This document shows positions 1-8,964 of a DNA stretch of 64,000 bases, in pieces. The notes under the pieces are model-generated. The model did no database searches, was not told where the DNA came from, and saw nothing but the letters and a program-made list of their open reading frames with translations. Made by a program: the position numbers and the translations under genes. Position 1 is the first letter of the stretch; each line of letters begins with the position of its first letter. This DNA is from an uncultured Gammaproteobacteria bacterium (lineage in GTDB: Bacteria; Pseudomonadota; Gammaproteobacteria; JAGOUU01): contig CAZSRF010000001.1 in assembly GCA_964609155.1 (NCBI GenBank), positions 102,617-166,616 of the forward strand. The letters run 5' to 3'.

Positions 1-456
1 TGCAACAATGACTATTCCTTGAGTTGGAATAATAGCATCACGTAATCTTGGATCTAACCCCATATCGTTAATAAAAGGCGGATCGGCAGGGATAGCACGC
101 ATTGTAATTTGTATTCCTGGGTTGCCTTCTACTAAACAACCAGTCATATTAACACGAAAACGATGCCTCACTCCTCTTTCTGGCTTTATCTCATAATGCG
201 TATCAAGATCAGCACCACTTAAAATTTGAGCAATACCATTAGCGCCGTAGATAATATTGACGATATCTGACACTTCACTATGTGTCAAGTTACGTTTAGT
301 AATGCGATGCAAGCGTCCATGGATATCAGCTAGTATTTTATCTCCAGACTGAATTGTTACATCAGACGTTTGATTTATTACACAAAAATTTAGTAACCTA
401 TCCACATCTCTCGCTGTAAATCGACTAGGTTCATCTGGAAATACTATATTTGCCAT
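1..456 (-). CDS. dotB: DotB, type IVB secretion ATPase (PilT-like). Only the N-terminal 152 codons are in the window; the gene continues past the left edge.
   Basis: My own translation from the ATG at 456-454 gives MANIVFPDEPSRFTARDVDRLLNFCVINQTSDVTIQSGDKI...DTHYEIKPERGVRHRFRVNMTGCLVEGNPGIQITMRAIP. This matches the DotB N-terminal domain as I remember it. It sits directly downstream of dotD-dotC, as in Legionella and Coxiella. Confidence 0.85.
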   Translation of the reverse strand, partial: MANIVFPDEPSRFTARDVDRLLNFCVINQTSDVTIQSGDKILADIHGRLHRITKRNLTHSEVSDIVNIIYGANGIAQILSGADLDTHYEIKPERGVRHRFRVNMTGCLVEGNPGIQITMRAIPADPPFINDMGLDPRLRDAIIPTQGIVIVA

Positions 457-482
457 GCTTTTGTTTTTGTTATTTTAAGTTT

Positions 483-1616
483 TTATTTATTGTAGAGCTC
501 GTTAACATTCATAATACTGCCACTTTTGTCTTTAACTCCCAGAGATAACGATTTTGCGCTACCACTTAGATTTGTGCTTAGATTTGTACTTAACTTTGTA
601 TTTCGCTTGTTGTCAGCATTATTGATGACATCATAGATTTTTAAGTTATTTATTTTAGCATCCAATTCAGCTTCTAATGCACTAGTCATAAATGGTTTCC
701 AAGATTTACTATCTGCTTTTAACGAAGGTAGTGCAGCTATGGTTAACACTTTATCATTGATCTTGATCTCATCACCATTACCTGTTACTCCATAATCTCG
801 TCTGGCAACGTAAGGTGCACTCACCATATCGGCTGCTAAGAGTTTTCTATACCTAGCCATACCTAGATAATCTCGGCGTAATAGCATCAAATTTTGAGCA
901 AAAATTTGTTCCGCTTGTTTGTAACCAATGTACCACCCCTCTTCAATACCTTTTGACCACGCTTCCTGCTCAGCACTATTTTTTGGTAAAATAGACGATT
1001 CAGGCAAGCCTGGTTCTGAATAAGTTGCTTGTAGATAATCTCGCCAACCTGGAACCGCAATAGCAAATCGGGCTTGTCGCACTATTTTATAAACACGATC
1101 CGTGATCCTTAGTGTTCTAAAATTGTTTTGCACACGTTCAACCTGCAAATGAGTGCGAGCTATTGCTTGGCCTGTTGGATTGTCATTTAATAAAAAAGTA
1201 TCATCGTCCTTAGGGAGTGATGTCTCAGATGTTGCATCCATTGTTTTTACAGCTTCTACTAACACTGGTGGAATAATATTGTTAGGTAACATTAAACTAT
1301 TGAAACTAAAAATTTTGTCTAAGCTACTAGCTCTTGCTTGCAGATACTCATTAAGATCTTTAGATCTAGCATATAACCCTCCTCGCATCCCTACACTAAG
1401 AGCCATTTCATGCAAAGCAACTTGTCTAATAGTACCTTGTTTGTTATTTGCATACTGCTCTGCTGTTTTACTATTAGCTTTTTTTAGATAATCGAGAGTA
1501 AGTTCTTGCTGTGATTGGTCCGTGGAAAACCAGGAACAATTAGTCAATGATAAATTTAATAATATTATTGCCAAAAAGACTGATAATTTATAGACAAACT
1601 TTAGATATATTCTCAT
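483..1616 (-). CDS. dotC: DotC outer-membrane lipoprotein of the T4BSS core complex, with a Ser/Thr/Asn-rich C-terminal extension
   Basis: It has a signal peptide ending in a lipobox-like LSLTNC. Its position between dotD and dotB, and the 4-nt overlap with dotD (1613-1616), fit an operon. Conserved-looking central region: VALHEMALSVGMRGGL...LDKIFSFNSLML...IIPPVLVE. Confidence 0.8.
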   Translation of the reverse strand: MRIYLKFVYKLSVFLAIILLNLSLTNCSWFSTDQSQQELTLDYLKKANSKTAEQYANNKQGTIRQVALHEMALSVGMRGGLYARSKDLNEYLQARASSLDKIFSFNSLMLPNNIIPPVLVEAVKTMDATSETSLPKDDDTFLLNDNPTGQAIARTHLQVERVQNNFRTLRITDRVYKIVRQARFAIAVPGWRDYLQATYSEPGLPESSILPKNSAEQEAWSKGIEEGWYIGYKQAEQIFAQNLMLLRRDYLGMARYRKLLAADMVSAPYVARRDYGVTGNGDEIKINDKVLTIAALPSLKADSKSWKPFMTSALEAELDAKINNLKIYDVINNADNKRNTKLSTNLSTNLSGSAKSLSLGVKDKSGSIMNVNELYNK

Positions 1617-2170
1617 CCTATCTCGTTGTACCTTAATTCAAGCGTTTTAGATTGGGGGAAAACAACCAAATTTACTCTCTCTCTGCTTTGGAAATTAGCT
1701 TCACGAATGATGTCTCCTAACTCAACATTTTCATGAGCAATATCAATTAACACAGGGATAGCTGGGTTAAGCCCAACAACTTTAAATTTATAACCTGCAA
1801 CAGCTGCAACCTCTTGAAGAAAGGGTTCTATAGGTCCTGCCCAGTCCACCGCAACACGTTGACCGAGGTTATATCTACTCATATTTTCATCATTCAAACT
1901 AACAACTCTTGGTTGCCTATATCGCTCAATCTTTTCTAATTCAGTAATCGAAGAGTTAACTGATTCTGCTGCAGCTATGACAGCATCACGACTTGTGTCA
2001 TTAGTGGATTCAAAAGAAGCATTATGCACATGCCATGAGTCCATGGTGTTAGCACTATTAGTCGAGTTACCTGCTTTATTACCTGTCGAGCAAGAGGTTG
2101 TTAATAACATTACTAAACAAACAATACTAAGCAACAAACTGATGCGTGCCCCTGCAAATTTTGCGAACAT
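1613..2170 (-). CDS. dotD: DotD lipoprotein (secretin-N0-like) of the T4BSS core complex
   Basis: It has a signal peptide with a Cys lipobox (LLTTSCS). It is the first gene of the dotD-dotC-dotB order, and its size and low-complexity linker followed by a C-terminal globular domain are typical of DotD. Confidence 0.75.
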   Translation of the reverse strand: MFAKFAGARISLLLSIVCLVMLLTTSCSTGNKAGNSTNSANTMDSWHVHNASFESTNDTSRDAVIAAAESVNSSITELEKIERYRQPRVVSLNDENMSRYNLGQRVAVDWAGPIEPFLQEVAAVAGYKFKVVGLNPAIPVLIDIAHENVELGDIIREANFQSRERVNLVVFPQSKTLELRYNEIG

Positions 2171-2442
2171 AATTTATCCCTGCGATCTTACTTAATATTA
2201 ATATACTAACACAACTTTAAATATAGTGTATTTTAATATATCTTTGTAGATAATATTTATGTCTAGTATAAAATTTTTCTTCTGATGATTTAATCTAGGT
2301 TGTAACTACCTCATATTTAAACTAATATATGTATATATATAGAAGTATATATAGCTCTAGTCTTATCTTAGATAATTTCTTAGATAATTGTCTATGATGC
2401 TTTTTAACTTCTTTTAGTTTTGCAAATATAGATTATTATTCT

Positions 2443-2781
2443 ATGGATATTTACAAATGCATGGCGTTGATCGCCGATAGAATGCAGATTAAATTTACTT
2501 TAAATAATAAGGCGATGACATCATCTGAAGTCTTTGCAGAAAATGGCATGTTTCCTGCTATCATCAAAAGAGCTGATCAACTTAGTGCCTTTTGTTTAGG
2601 CACTGGACTAGGGCTGGGATACGAAGAGTCTGCTAATAGTCTCTTAGGCACTAGAACCATTATGGATAACACTGTCTCTAATGCCTATAGAATTATGTGT
2701 ATGACTGAAATATTATATGAATTAGTTGAATCCTCACCTAATCCCAGATTGCTAGCTTTAGATAATCTAATGTTTGATTAA
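2443..2781 (+). CDS. icmS: IcmS, type IVB adaptor/chaperone subunit
   Basis: The 112-aa product (MDIYKCMALIADRMQIKFTLNN...FPAIIKRADQLSAFCLGTGLG...LDNLMFD) aligns along its whole length with Legionella IcmS as I remember it (..KCMAKIAASMNAKF...LPAIAKRADQL...LDELMYD). Confidence 0.85.
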   Translation: MDIYKCMALIADRMQIKFTLNNKAMTSSEVFAENGMFPAIIKRADQLSAFCLGTGLGLGYEESANSLLGTRTIMDNTVSNAYRIMCMTEILYELVESSPNPRLLALDNLMFD

Positions 2782-3238
2782 TAGACGATTAAATATTTAT
2801 ACATTTATGATAGATCAAATGCCACCAGCTCCAAATCATTCTTCTTTATTTCAACCTGTGACGACACAATGCATCGTTCAAACTGCACAACGTTTTGATC
2901 TACCTGAATCAGTATTACGTGCTATTTTAAAAGTAGAGGGTGGAAAAGCCGGCGAGCTAAGATTTAATACCAATGGTACTTATGATATTGGCCCTATGCA
3001 AGTAAACTCTATTTGGTTACCTAAGTTCTCAAGATATGTTTCTGCAGAACAAATATTTTATGATGGCTGCGCTAATTTACAAGTTGGCGCCTGGATACTG
3101 CGATATAATATTAATAGAGCAAAAGGTGACGTATGGCAAGGGATTGGTAGTTACCATTCCAGCACTCCTATTCATCAAGATAAATATAAAACAAAAATAT
3201 ACACAGCATTGCAAAACATTAATACAAAAATGACATAA
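2774..3238 (+). CDS. SLT-domain lytic transglycosylase (VirB1/IagB-like). The start is uncertain: TTG at 2774 or ATG at 2807.
   Basis: The motif block ESVLRAILKVEGGKAGE...NGTYDIGPMQVNSIW...ANLQVGAWILR...IGSYHS is the family-1 SLT signature, with its catalytic Glu followed by the DxGxMQ(I/V)N and Y-H-S blocks. The ORF overlaps the icmS stop by 8 nt. Confidence 0.7.
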   Translation: MINRRLNIYTFMIDQMPPAPNHSSLFQPVTTQCIVQTAQRFDLPESVLRAILKVEGGKAGELRFNTNGTYDIGPMQVNSIWLPKFSRYVSAEQIFYDGCANLQVGAWILRYNINRAKGDVWQGIGSYHSSTPIHQDKYKTKIYTALQNINTKMT

Positions 3239-3243
3239 TACAT

Positions 3244-4374
3244 ATGGCTAAACAAGGTGGCGGTGGCGGAGGACAACAAGAAGGTGGAAACGGTAATGAT
3301 CCAATGTTCATTATGGCTTTCTTTATTGGTGTTATTTGTTTATTGTGGTTTACCCGTGAATATTACTTTCCTCTAATCTTCAAGTTTAAATACTATGAAC
3401 TTCTTTTCGCTAATTATTTTGTTAGTGTTGATCCTACGCTAGTTGGTGCTGTTATTAATGCGCAATATAATCCTAATGCCTTAGATCAAAATCAATTTTT
3501 TGATCTATTAAACATGGTAGGTAACTATTTCAAATATCCTGTTGCTGTGATTTCAATAATTTTCGCAGCCATTATTTATGTAAAAAGCCCCAGCAATAAA
3601 TTCAATAAATCTTTTTCTATGACCACTTTTAGAGCACAAGAAAAGATTAATTATCCTCAAATTATCGCAGCGAGCAAACTTGATCTTATTAACACTAGTA
3701 TTTTTGAAGGCCCTTGGGCAAGTGCATTAACTCCTATGTCATTTGCAAAAAAAAATGACCTTCTAGAGATTATTGTGAATCCAAGACCAAACCGTATACT
3801 AAGAGAAGCAGAAAAGATTGCAAAATTACGTGAAGCACGTGCAAGGCAACTATTTGCTGCACAATTAGGATACCTTTGGAATGGACCTGATCAATTACCT
3901 ATACACACAAAAGCATTGTATGCTGTGTTTGCTGCTGCTGCTAACCAAGATCGACAACCTGCTATTGCCTTGCTACGCCAATTCAACGCTGCACTAGAAT
4001 ATAGTAATACTCCTGATTACAAAGGCGTCGAAGAATTATTAGCTAAGCACAAAAACAGTAAACTTATGAAAAAAGTTGAACAAAGACATGCTTATGTCAT
4101 GACTGTATTAGCTGCAACCTTAGAGTTAGCCAGAAGCAATGGTGTGCTACCATGTGCTGACTTCTTATGGTTAAAAACTGTAGATAGGCCTTTATGGTAT
4201 ATGTTAAATAATGTCGGCAGACGTTCTGCTTTTCCCGAGTGTGCTGGAGCTATGGCTCATTGGAGAATTGAATCTAGAATGCAAAAGAAAATTGTCAGTC
4301 CAATGATTGAAGAAGCTGTCAAAGCATTAAAATTAGCATTAACTGAAATTATTTACGAAGATGAGAATGATTAA
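3244..4374 (+). CDS. icmP: IcmP/DotM, inner-membrane subunit of the type IV coupling complex
   Basis: The 376-aa product has a Gly/Gln-rich N-terminus followed by TM segments. The region ...FNKSFSMTTFRAQEKINYPQI... resembles the remembered DotM segment ...FKKTYSMQTLVEAEKSNWPQI.... It lies immediately upstream of icmO. Confidence 0.85.
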   Translation: MAKQGGGGGGQQEGGNGNDPMFIMAFFIGVICLLWFTREYYFPLIFKFKYYELLFANYFVSVDPTLVGAVINAQYNPNALDQNQFFDLLNMVGNYFKYPVAVISIIFAAIIYVKSPSNKFNKSFSMTTFRAQEKINYPQIIAASKLDLINTSIFEGPWASALTPMSFAKKNDLLEIIVNPRPNRILREAEKIAKLREARARQLFAAQLGYLWNGPDQLPIHTKALYAVFAAAANQDRQPAIALLRQFNAALEYSNTPDYKGVEELLAKHKNSKLMKKVEQRHAYVMTVLAATLELARSNGVLPCADFLWLKTVDRPLWYMLNNVGRRSAFPECAGAMAHWRIESRMQKKIVSPMIEEAVKALKLALTEIIYEDEND

Positions 4375-4381
4375 CTAGCAT

Positions 4382-6721
4382 ATGGCTAAATACTTACGTG
4401 GTATCGAGGGTAAACATGAGCAGCGGCAACAGGAGTTAATCCGAGATACTCGCACGCTTGGTAAAAAAATGCATCAATTTTTTACCAGCGCTCTTGGTGG
4501 TGCCATTACACAAACTATGTGTGCAGGTACTGCTATCATGATTCCAGGTGTAGCAGATATTGCTCTAGTTTTCAGTGTTGGTATTTTTTTCGTCACTATT
4601 TTACATAAAACCACTTTGCCTTTTAGAATGCCGATGAGCTCGCGAATGTTGGATTATAATGATCCTAATCCGGGTACAGGCAAAGCAAAAATGGCTGGTG
4701 GTATTTCTTTTTTTGGCAACGATTTACGCACTAATGAAGAACTATGGTTCAGTAATGATGACATGCGCACCCATGTCTTAATCTTTGGTTCAACTGGTAG
4801 CGGTAAAACAGAAATGTTGCTTGGTATTGCCTATAATTCTTTTATTCAAGGCAGCGGTTTTATTTACGTAGATGGTAAAGGTGACAACTCGTTATTTGCT
4901 AAAGTATATGCTATGGCTAGATTTACTGGCCGTGAAGATGATTTATTATTAATCAACTTTATGACTGGCGCAAGAGACGTTATCGGTGCACAAAAAAATC
5001 GATTATCCAACACCATGAATCCTTTTGCTGTCGGCTCAGCAGATATGTTATCGCAGTTAGTAGTGAGCCTTATGGACAGTGGCAAACAAGGTGGTGGTAA
5101 CGATGATATGTGGAAAGGTCGCGCAATAAGCTTTGTTGAAGCTTTGATGCGCTGTTTAACATATATGCGTGATTTAGGCCATATTTTATTAGATGCGCAT
5201 ACTATCCGTAAGTACTTTCTTTTACATAAGTTAGAGTCCATCGTCTTAGATAGAAAGTTCCCTGTTGGCGATCGATTTGTAGATATCTCAGATGCGCCAG
5301 AAATAGCGATTGATCCTTTAAGTAACTATTTGGACACATTACCAGGCTTTCAACCAGCAAAAAAATATAAACAAAGTGGTGAATGTTTAGAACAGCACGG
5401 CTTTATTACGATGCAATTAACTCGTACTTTTAACTCGTTAGCTGATACTTATGGTCATATTCTAAGAACAAATTTAGCTGAAGTAGACTTTCATGATGTT
5501 ATATTAAATCGACGTATTTTAGTTGTGCTTTTACCTGCTTTAGAAAAAGCTCCGGCGGAATTAGCAAATCTTGGAAAACTTATCGTAGCATCTTTAAAAG
5601 CTATGATGGCTGCAGGTTTAGGCTCACAAGTGGAGGGCTCTTACAGTGATGTTATAGAAAGAAAACCTACTAATTGCGAAACACCTTATCTCTGCATCCT
5701 AGATGAATACGGTTATTATGCAGTAGATGGCTTTGCTGTGGTGCCTGCACAGGCTCGTTCATTAGGCTTCTCTGCTGTTTTTGCCGGGCAAGATTTACCA
5801 GCCTTTCAAAAAGCATCTAAAGAAGAAGCAGCTTCTATCGGCGCGAATACAAATATTAAGATTTGTATGAAGCTAGAAGATCCAACGGACACTCTAGAGT
5901 TTTTTGTGAAAACAGCTGGTGAAGCTTATGTTACTGTAACTGGCGGTTTCCAAACGAAACCTTCGAATTTTACTAATAACTACTTAGACAATCAAAGCGC
6001 GCAAGTTGAAAAAAGAAATCGTATCGAGTTATTAGATCTTAAAGATCAGATGCCTGGTGAATACCATATTTTCTTTAAATCTAAAATCATCCGTGCTCGC
6101 ACATTCTTTGTGAATCCTCCTAAAGTAAAATACTTACAACTTAACCAATTTCTAAAAGTAGAAACACCACCAGATGAAGTTTTAATTCAAATTTCTAATC
6201 AAATGGAAGCGTTTAAGAAAGCTGTTGACTACCCTAATTTTAGTTCTTTACAATTTAAAGAAGATCCTGAATTAAACTTTATTTTTTCTTCTATCAATAA
6301 AAGTAACTCTACAGATTATTTGAATAACGCAGCGCGTGCAATTCAAGATCTATACCAATACTACAATCAAGAAGATGAGAATTTATTTGAACAACAACTA
6401 CCAGAACGCGATTTAAATGGAGCAATAGATATTTTTACGGGCAAATCATTAGATCTTTTTGATGATCCCATGAAACTTTTAGAGATAGATCCTATGTTAA
6501 TTAATCCTATTATTAACAAGAGCGCTATGCTAAAAAATATGACGGTTTTAGAACACATCTGCGGCCGCTCTAAAAAAGAAGGATATGATATAACTTTGCG
6601 TCAAATTGATGAGATTAGCAAAGCTACTACCTATCCGCCAGCTGATCGTATTACTCCTAGTAAAACTATCGTCTTGGATAGTATTCATATACTGATACAA
6701 AACCTATCTCAGAAATTTTAA
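4382..6721 (+). CDS. icmO: IcmO/DotL, type IV coupling protein ATPase
   Basis: The 779-aa product has N-terminal TM helices, Walker A (GSTGSGKTE), a Walker B-like ILDEYGYY and a long C-terminal tail as in DotL. It starts 8 nt after the icmP stop. Confidence 0.9.
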   Translation: MAKYLRGIEGKHEQRQQELIRDTRTLGKKMHQFFTSALGGAITQTMCAGTAIMIPGVADIALVFSVGIFFVTILHKTTLPFRMPMSSRMLDYNDPNPGTGKAKMAGGISFFGNDLRTNEELWFSNDDMRTHVLIFGSTGSGKTEMLLGIAYNSFIQGSGFIYVDGKGDNSLFAKVYAMARFTGREDDLLLINFMTGARDVIGAQKNRLSNTMNPFAVGSADMLSQLVVSLMDSGKQGGGNDDMWKGRAISFVEALMRCLTYMRDLGHILLDAHTIRKYFLLHKLESIVLDRKFPVGDRFVDISDAPEIAIDPLSNYLDTLPGFQPAKKYKQSGECLEQHGFITMQLTRTFNSLADTYGHILRTNLAEVDFHDVILNRRILVVLLPALEKAPAELANLGKLIVASLKAMMAAGLGSQVEGSYSDVIERKPTNCETPYLCILDEYGYYAVDGFAVVPAQARSLGFSAVFAGQDLPAFQKASKEEAASIGANTNIKICMKLEDPTDTLEFFVKTAGEAYVTVTGGFQTKPSNFTNNYLDNQSAQVEKRNRIELLDLKDQMPGEYHIFFKSKIIRARTFFVNPPKVKYLQLNQFLKVETPPDEVLIQISNQMEAFKKAVDYPNFSSLQFKEDPELNFIFSSINKSNSTDYLNNAARAIQDLYQYYNQEDENLFEQQLPERDLNGAIDIFTGKSLDLFDDPMKLLEIDPMLINPIINKSAMLKNMTVLEHICGRSKKEGYDITLRQIDEISKATTYPPADRITPSKTIVLDSIHILIQNLSQKF

Positions 6722-6732
6722 TTGCATTCTTA

Positions 6733-7599
6733 TTGTCTATAAAATTTTATTTTGTTAGTATCGTACCACTTTCTATTAATACTAACAAAAAGTTTCCCTA
6801 CGTGCATATTTTAAAGAAAATAGTTTCAATAAGTTTATATAATTCTGGAATTTCTTTACTTAATCTTATTACACTTTTGATCGCAGTTACTGGCACATTC
6901 TTTACATTACAATCTACTAGCATTATTCCAAACAATATAGAGTTCACTACAAAAATCTTTAAAACTATTTCTTTGGGGGCATTATCATGGTTTTCAGCTG
7001 TAGCTTTTATAACGACAATTTTAGATATCCTTACTAATACTAATCATCTAGATAGACTATTACACAATATTGCTTATTATAAATATAAAGTAACAACTAA
7101 TGTTAATTATTCTCGTTTTACTACCATAAAAGATAGAATTGTTACGGGACTTGTGAGTGTCTTTCCTCTGACTTGTATTATAGGTTATTATGGTGAATAT
7201 TTTGCTCTCTCTAAAGAAGAGATAAGCTATCTACTGTCTATTTTATCAACAGCTATACTAAGTGGAGGAATGGTCTATAAGCTTATTGCTATACCAGCAA
7301 GCTTTATTCAACGTAAAACTGATAGTTACAAAATAAATGAGGAACAAAAACTATTTGGCTTATTGCAACATTATATAAATAGTCAACCTTACGAATCTGC
7401 TCAAGAGATCATAGCAAGACTAAGTCAACCAAGAATTGAAAGTCACCCTCCAGCTATAGCTGTGCAACCCTTCTTACCTCACACAACAGATACAGCTCCA
7501 ATTGTTGCTGGACCTGCTGCTCCTACTTGGACTGGGCCTCAAACTGCCCCCGTCATGTTAACATCATATCTAGTACCTAGACATAGATTAATGCCATGA
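6733..7599 (+). CDS. Hypothetical multi-pass membrane protein with a Pro/Thr/Ala-rich C-terminal tail. The start codon is uncertain: the track uses TTG, and no early ATG exists.
   Basis: The long ORF starts 12 nt after icmO. It has several hydrophobic segments and a tail reading ...HPPAIAVQPFLPHTTDTAPIVAGPAAPTWTGPQTAPV. I recognise no family. Confidence 0.4.
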   Translation: MSIKFYFVSIVPLSINTNKKFPYVHILKKIVSISLYNSGISLLNLITLLIAVTGTFFTLQSTSIIPNNIEFTTKIFKTISLGALSWFSAVAFITTILDILTNTNHLDRLLHNIAYYKYKVTTNVNYSRFTTIKDRIVTGLVSVFPLTCIIGYYGEYFALSKEEISYLLSILSTAILSGGMVYKLIAIPASFIQRKTDSYKINEEQKLFGLLQHYINSQPYESAQEIIARLSQPRIESHPPAIAVQPFLPHTTDTAPIVAGPAAPTWTGPQTAPVMLTSYLVPRHRLMP

Positions 7600-7607
7600 T
7601 AATGAGA

Positions 7608-8960
7608 CTATACTGCACTTACATACATAGACAAGCCAGGATCAGTACGCAAAGTTAAATACGGTGCTAAGCGTATTTTTTGGCCTGGAGCTTTTTCAAA
7701 CCTTAAAAACTGCAATAACCGGGTGACTATCACTTGCAACTCTAACATCGCAAAATGCGAAGCAGCACAACTTCGTGGACCTACTATAAAAGGCATATAA
7801 CTACTTTTAACTTGTTTTACTCTATTTTCTTTAGTAAACCTAAAGGGATCAAAAACATCTGGTTTGTTCCAATACTCTGGATTTCGGTGCAGAGCATAAA
7901 TACTAGATATAATATAAGACTTAGCTGGTATATAATACCCATTGATTTCATCATGTTCCGTAGTATATCTAACAGTTGTCCAAACTGGAGGAAATAATCT
8001 CAATGTTTCCTCTAACCACATTTTAGTGTACACACACTGCTGTAAATTTTCATAAGTTAGATTATTTTGATTTAACTGATTAATCTCTTCTAAGACTAAT
8101 TGTTTATATGGATAATCCAGCTCCAGCAACGCCAAAGCAAAAACAACAGAAATTGCCGATGTCTCATGACCTGTAAGTAACAACGTAGTGATTTCATCTA
8201 TTATTTCACTCTCATTTTTATAATTATAATCTGTTTTACCGTTATAATTTAATAAGCAAGAAATTAATGTGGATTTATCTTTTGTATTTTTATCATACAT
8301 ATTATCAGCAACATCAACAAAGCGTTTTTTAATTACTTGTTTTAAAAAAGCTAATCTTTTTACTATTTGATATTGAGTCTTAAAAGATATTAAAGACGGA
8401 TTGTAATTTTCATTTAGATATTTTAAGCTTGCTGCAACTGAATCAATTTCATCACCCCATGATTTATTAAAAAATATCTTTGCAGCAATATCTAGGCAAA
8501 TCTTTGTTGTATGTTGCTCTATATCAATGATTATTTTATTTTTATTATTTAAAGACGTCTGGAGAGATTTTATATAATCATCTACAGATTGTTGCATCAA
8601 GTTAACATAATGTTTTAAATTACCTGTTTTAAAAATAGGTAAAATATTTTTACGTCTATCAACATATTTACCTCCGCTATTTAGTAACATACCATTACCT
8701 AAAAGCGCTTTAAATAATTTATTAGACGTATATTTTTTAATATATTTATGTTCGTTTAAATGCACATGTTCTATTTCTGGTGCTCCGCAAGTTGTATAAA
8801 TATTTCCTACTAGAGCTTTTGAAGAAAGAAATAGATTGCCATAAATTTTTTGCAACCGCAGGACATCATAAAACTCTTTGGGATGTTCAGCAAAGATATT
8901 GCGTAAGTAATCTAATCTTGATATTTTTGGTATGTAATTAAGTGAATCTACGTGTAACAC
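7608..8960 (-). CDS. Cytochrome P450 monooxygenase
   Basis: All P450 signatures are present: I-helix LLTGHETSA, K-helix EETLRLFPP, FDPFRF and the heme-Cys loop PFIVGPRSCAASHFA. The start lies 4 nt downstream of the dotA stop on the same strand. Confidence 0.85.
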   Translation of the reverse strand: MLHVDSLNYIPKISRLDYLRNIFAEHPKEFYDVLRLQKIYGNLFLSSKALVGNIYTTCGAPEIEHVHLNEHKYIKKYTSNKLFKALLGNGMLLNSGGKYVDRRKNILPIFKTGNLKHYVNLMQQSVDDYIKSLQTSLNNKNKIIIDIEQHTTKICLDIAAKIFFNKSWGDEIDSVAASLKYLNENYNPSLISFKTQYQIVKRLAFLKQVIKKRFVDVADNMYDKNTKDKSTLISCLLNYNGKTDYNYKNESEIIDEITTLLLTGHETSAISVVFALALLELDYPYKQLVLEEINQLNQNNLTYENLQQCVYTKMWLEETLRLFPPVWTTVRYTTEHDEINGYYIPAKSYIISSIYALHRNPEYWNKPDVFDPFRFTKENRVKQVKSSYMPFIVGPRSCAASHFAMLELQVIVTRLLQFLRFEKAPGQKIRLAPYLTLRTDPGLSMYVSAV

Positions 8961-8964
8961 TTTC

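Noticed and set aside
1153-1491. A 112-aa plus-strand ORF. The same class includes 1977-2195, 3036-3233, 4864-5241, 6367-6558, 7755-7997, 9614-9868, 13879-14088, 18557-18889, 19286-19486, 20530-20727, 25869-26081, 26116-26307, 26341-26769, 30064-30439, 32213-32419, 33585-33824, 35599-35796, 40631-40846, 41780-41980, 42321-42506, 48349-48531, 50175-50414, 52062-52340, 53616-53798, 54032-54571, 55901-56083, 56485-56730 and 61425-61613.
   Set aside because: Each lies antisense to, or out of frame within, a much longer ORF that has clear family motifs. Their translations are low-complexity or shadow-frame artefacts.
2195-2442. Searched the dotD/icmS divergent region for a small icmT-like ORF
   Set aside because: No plausible open frame of ~80-90 codons exists on either strand. 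icmT is presumably encoded elsewhere.
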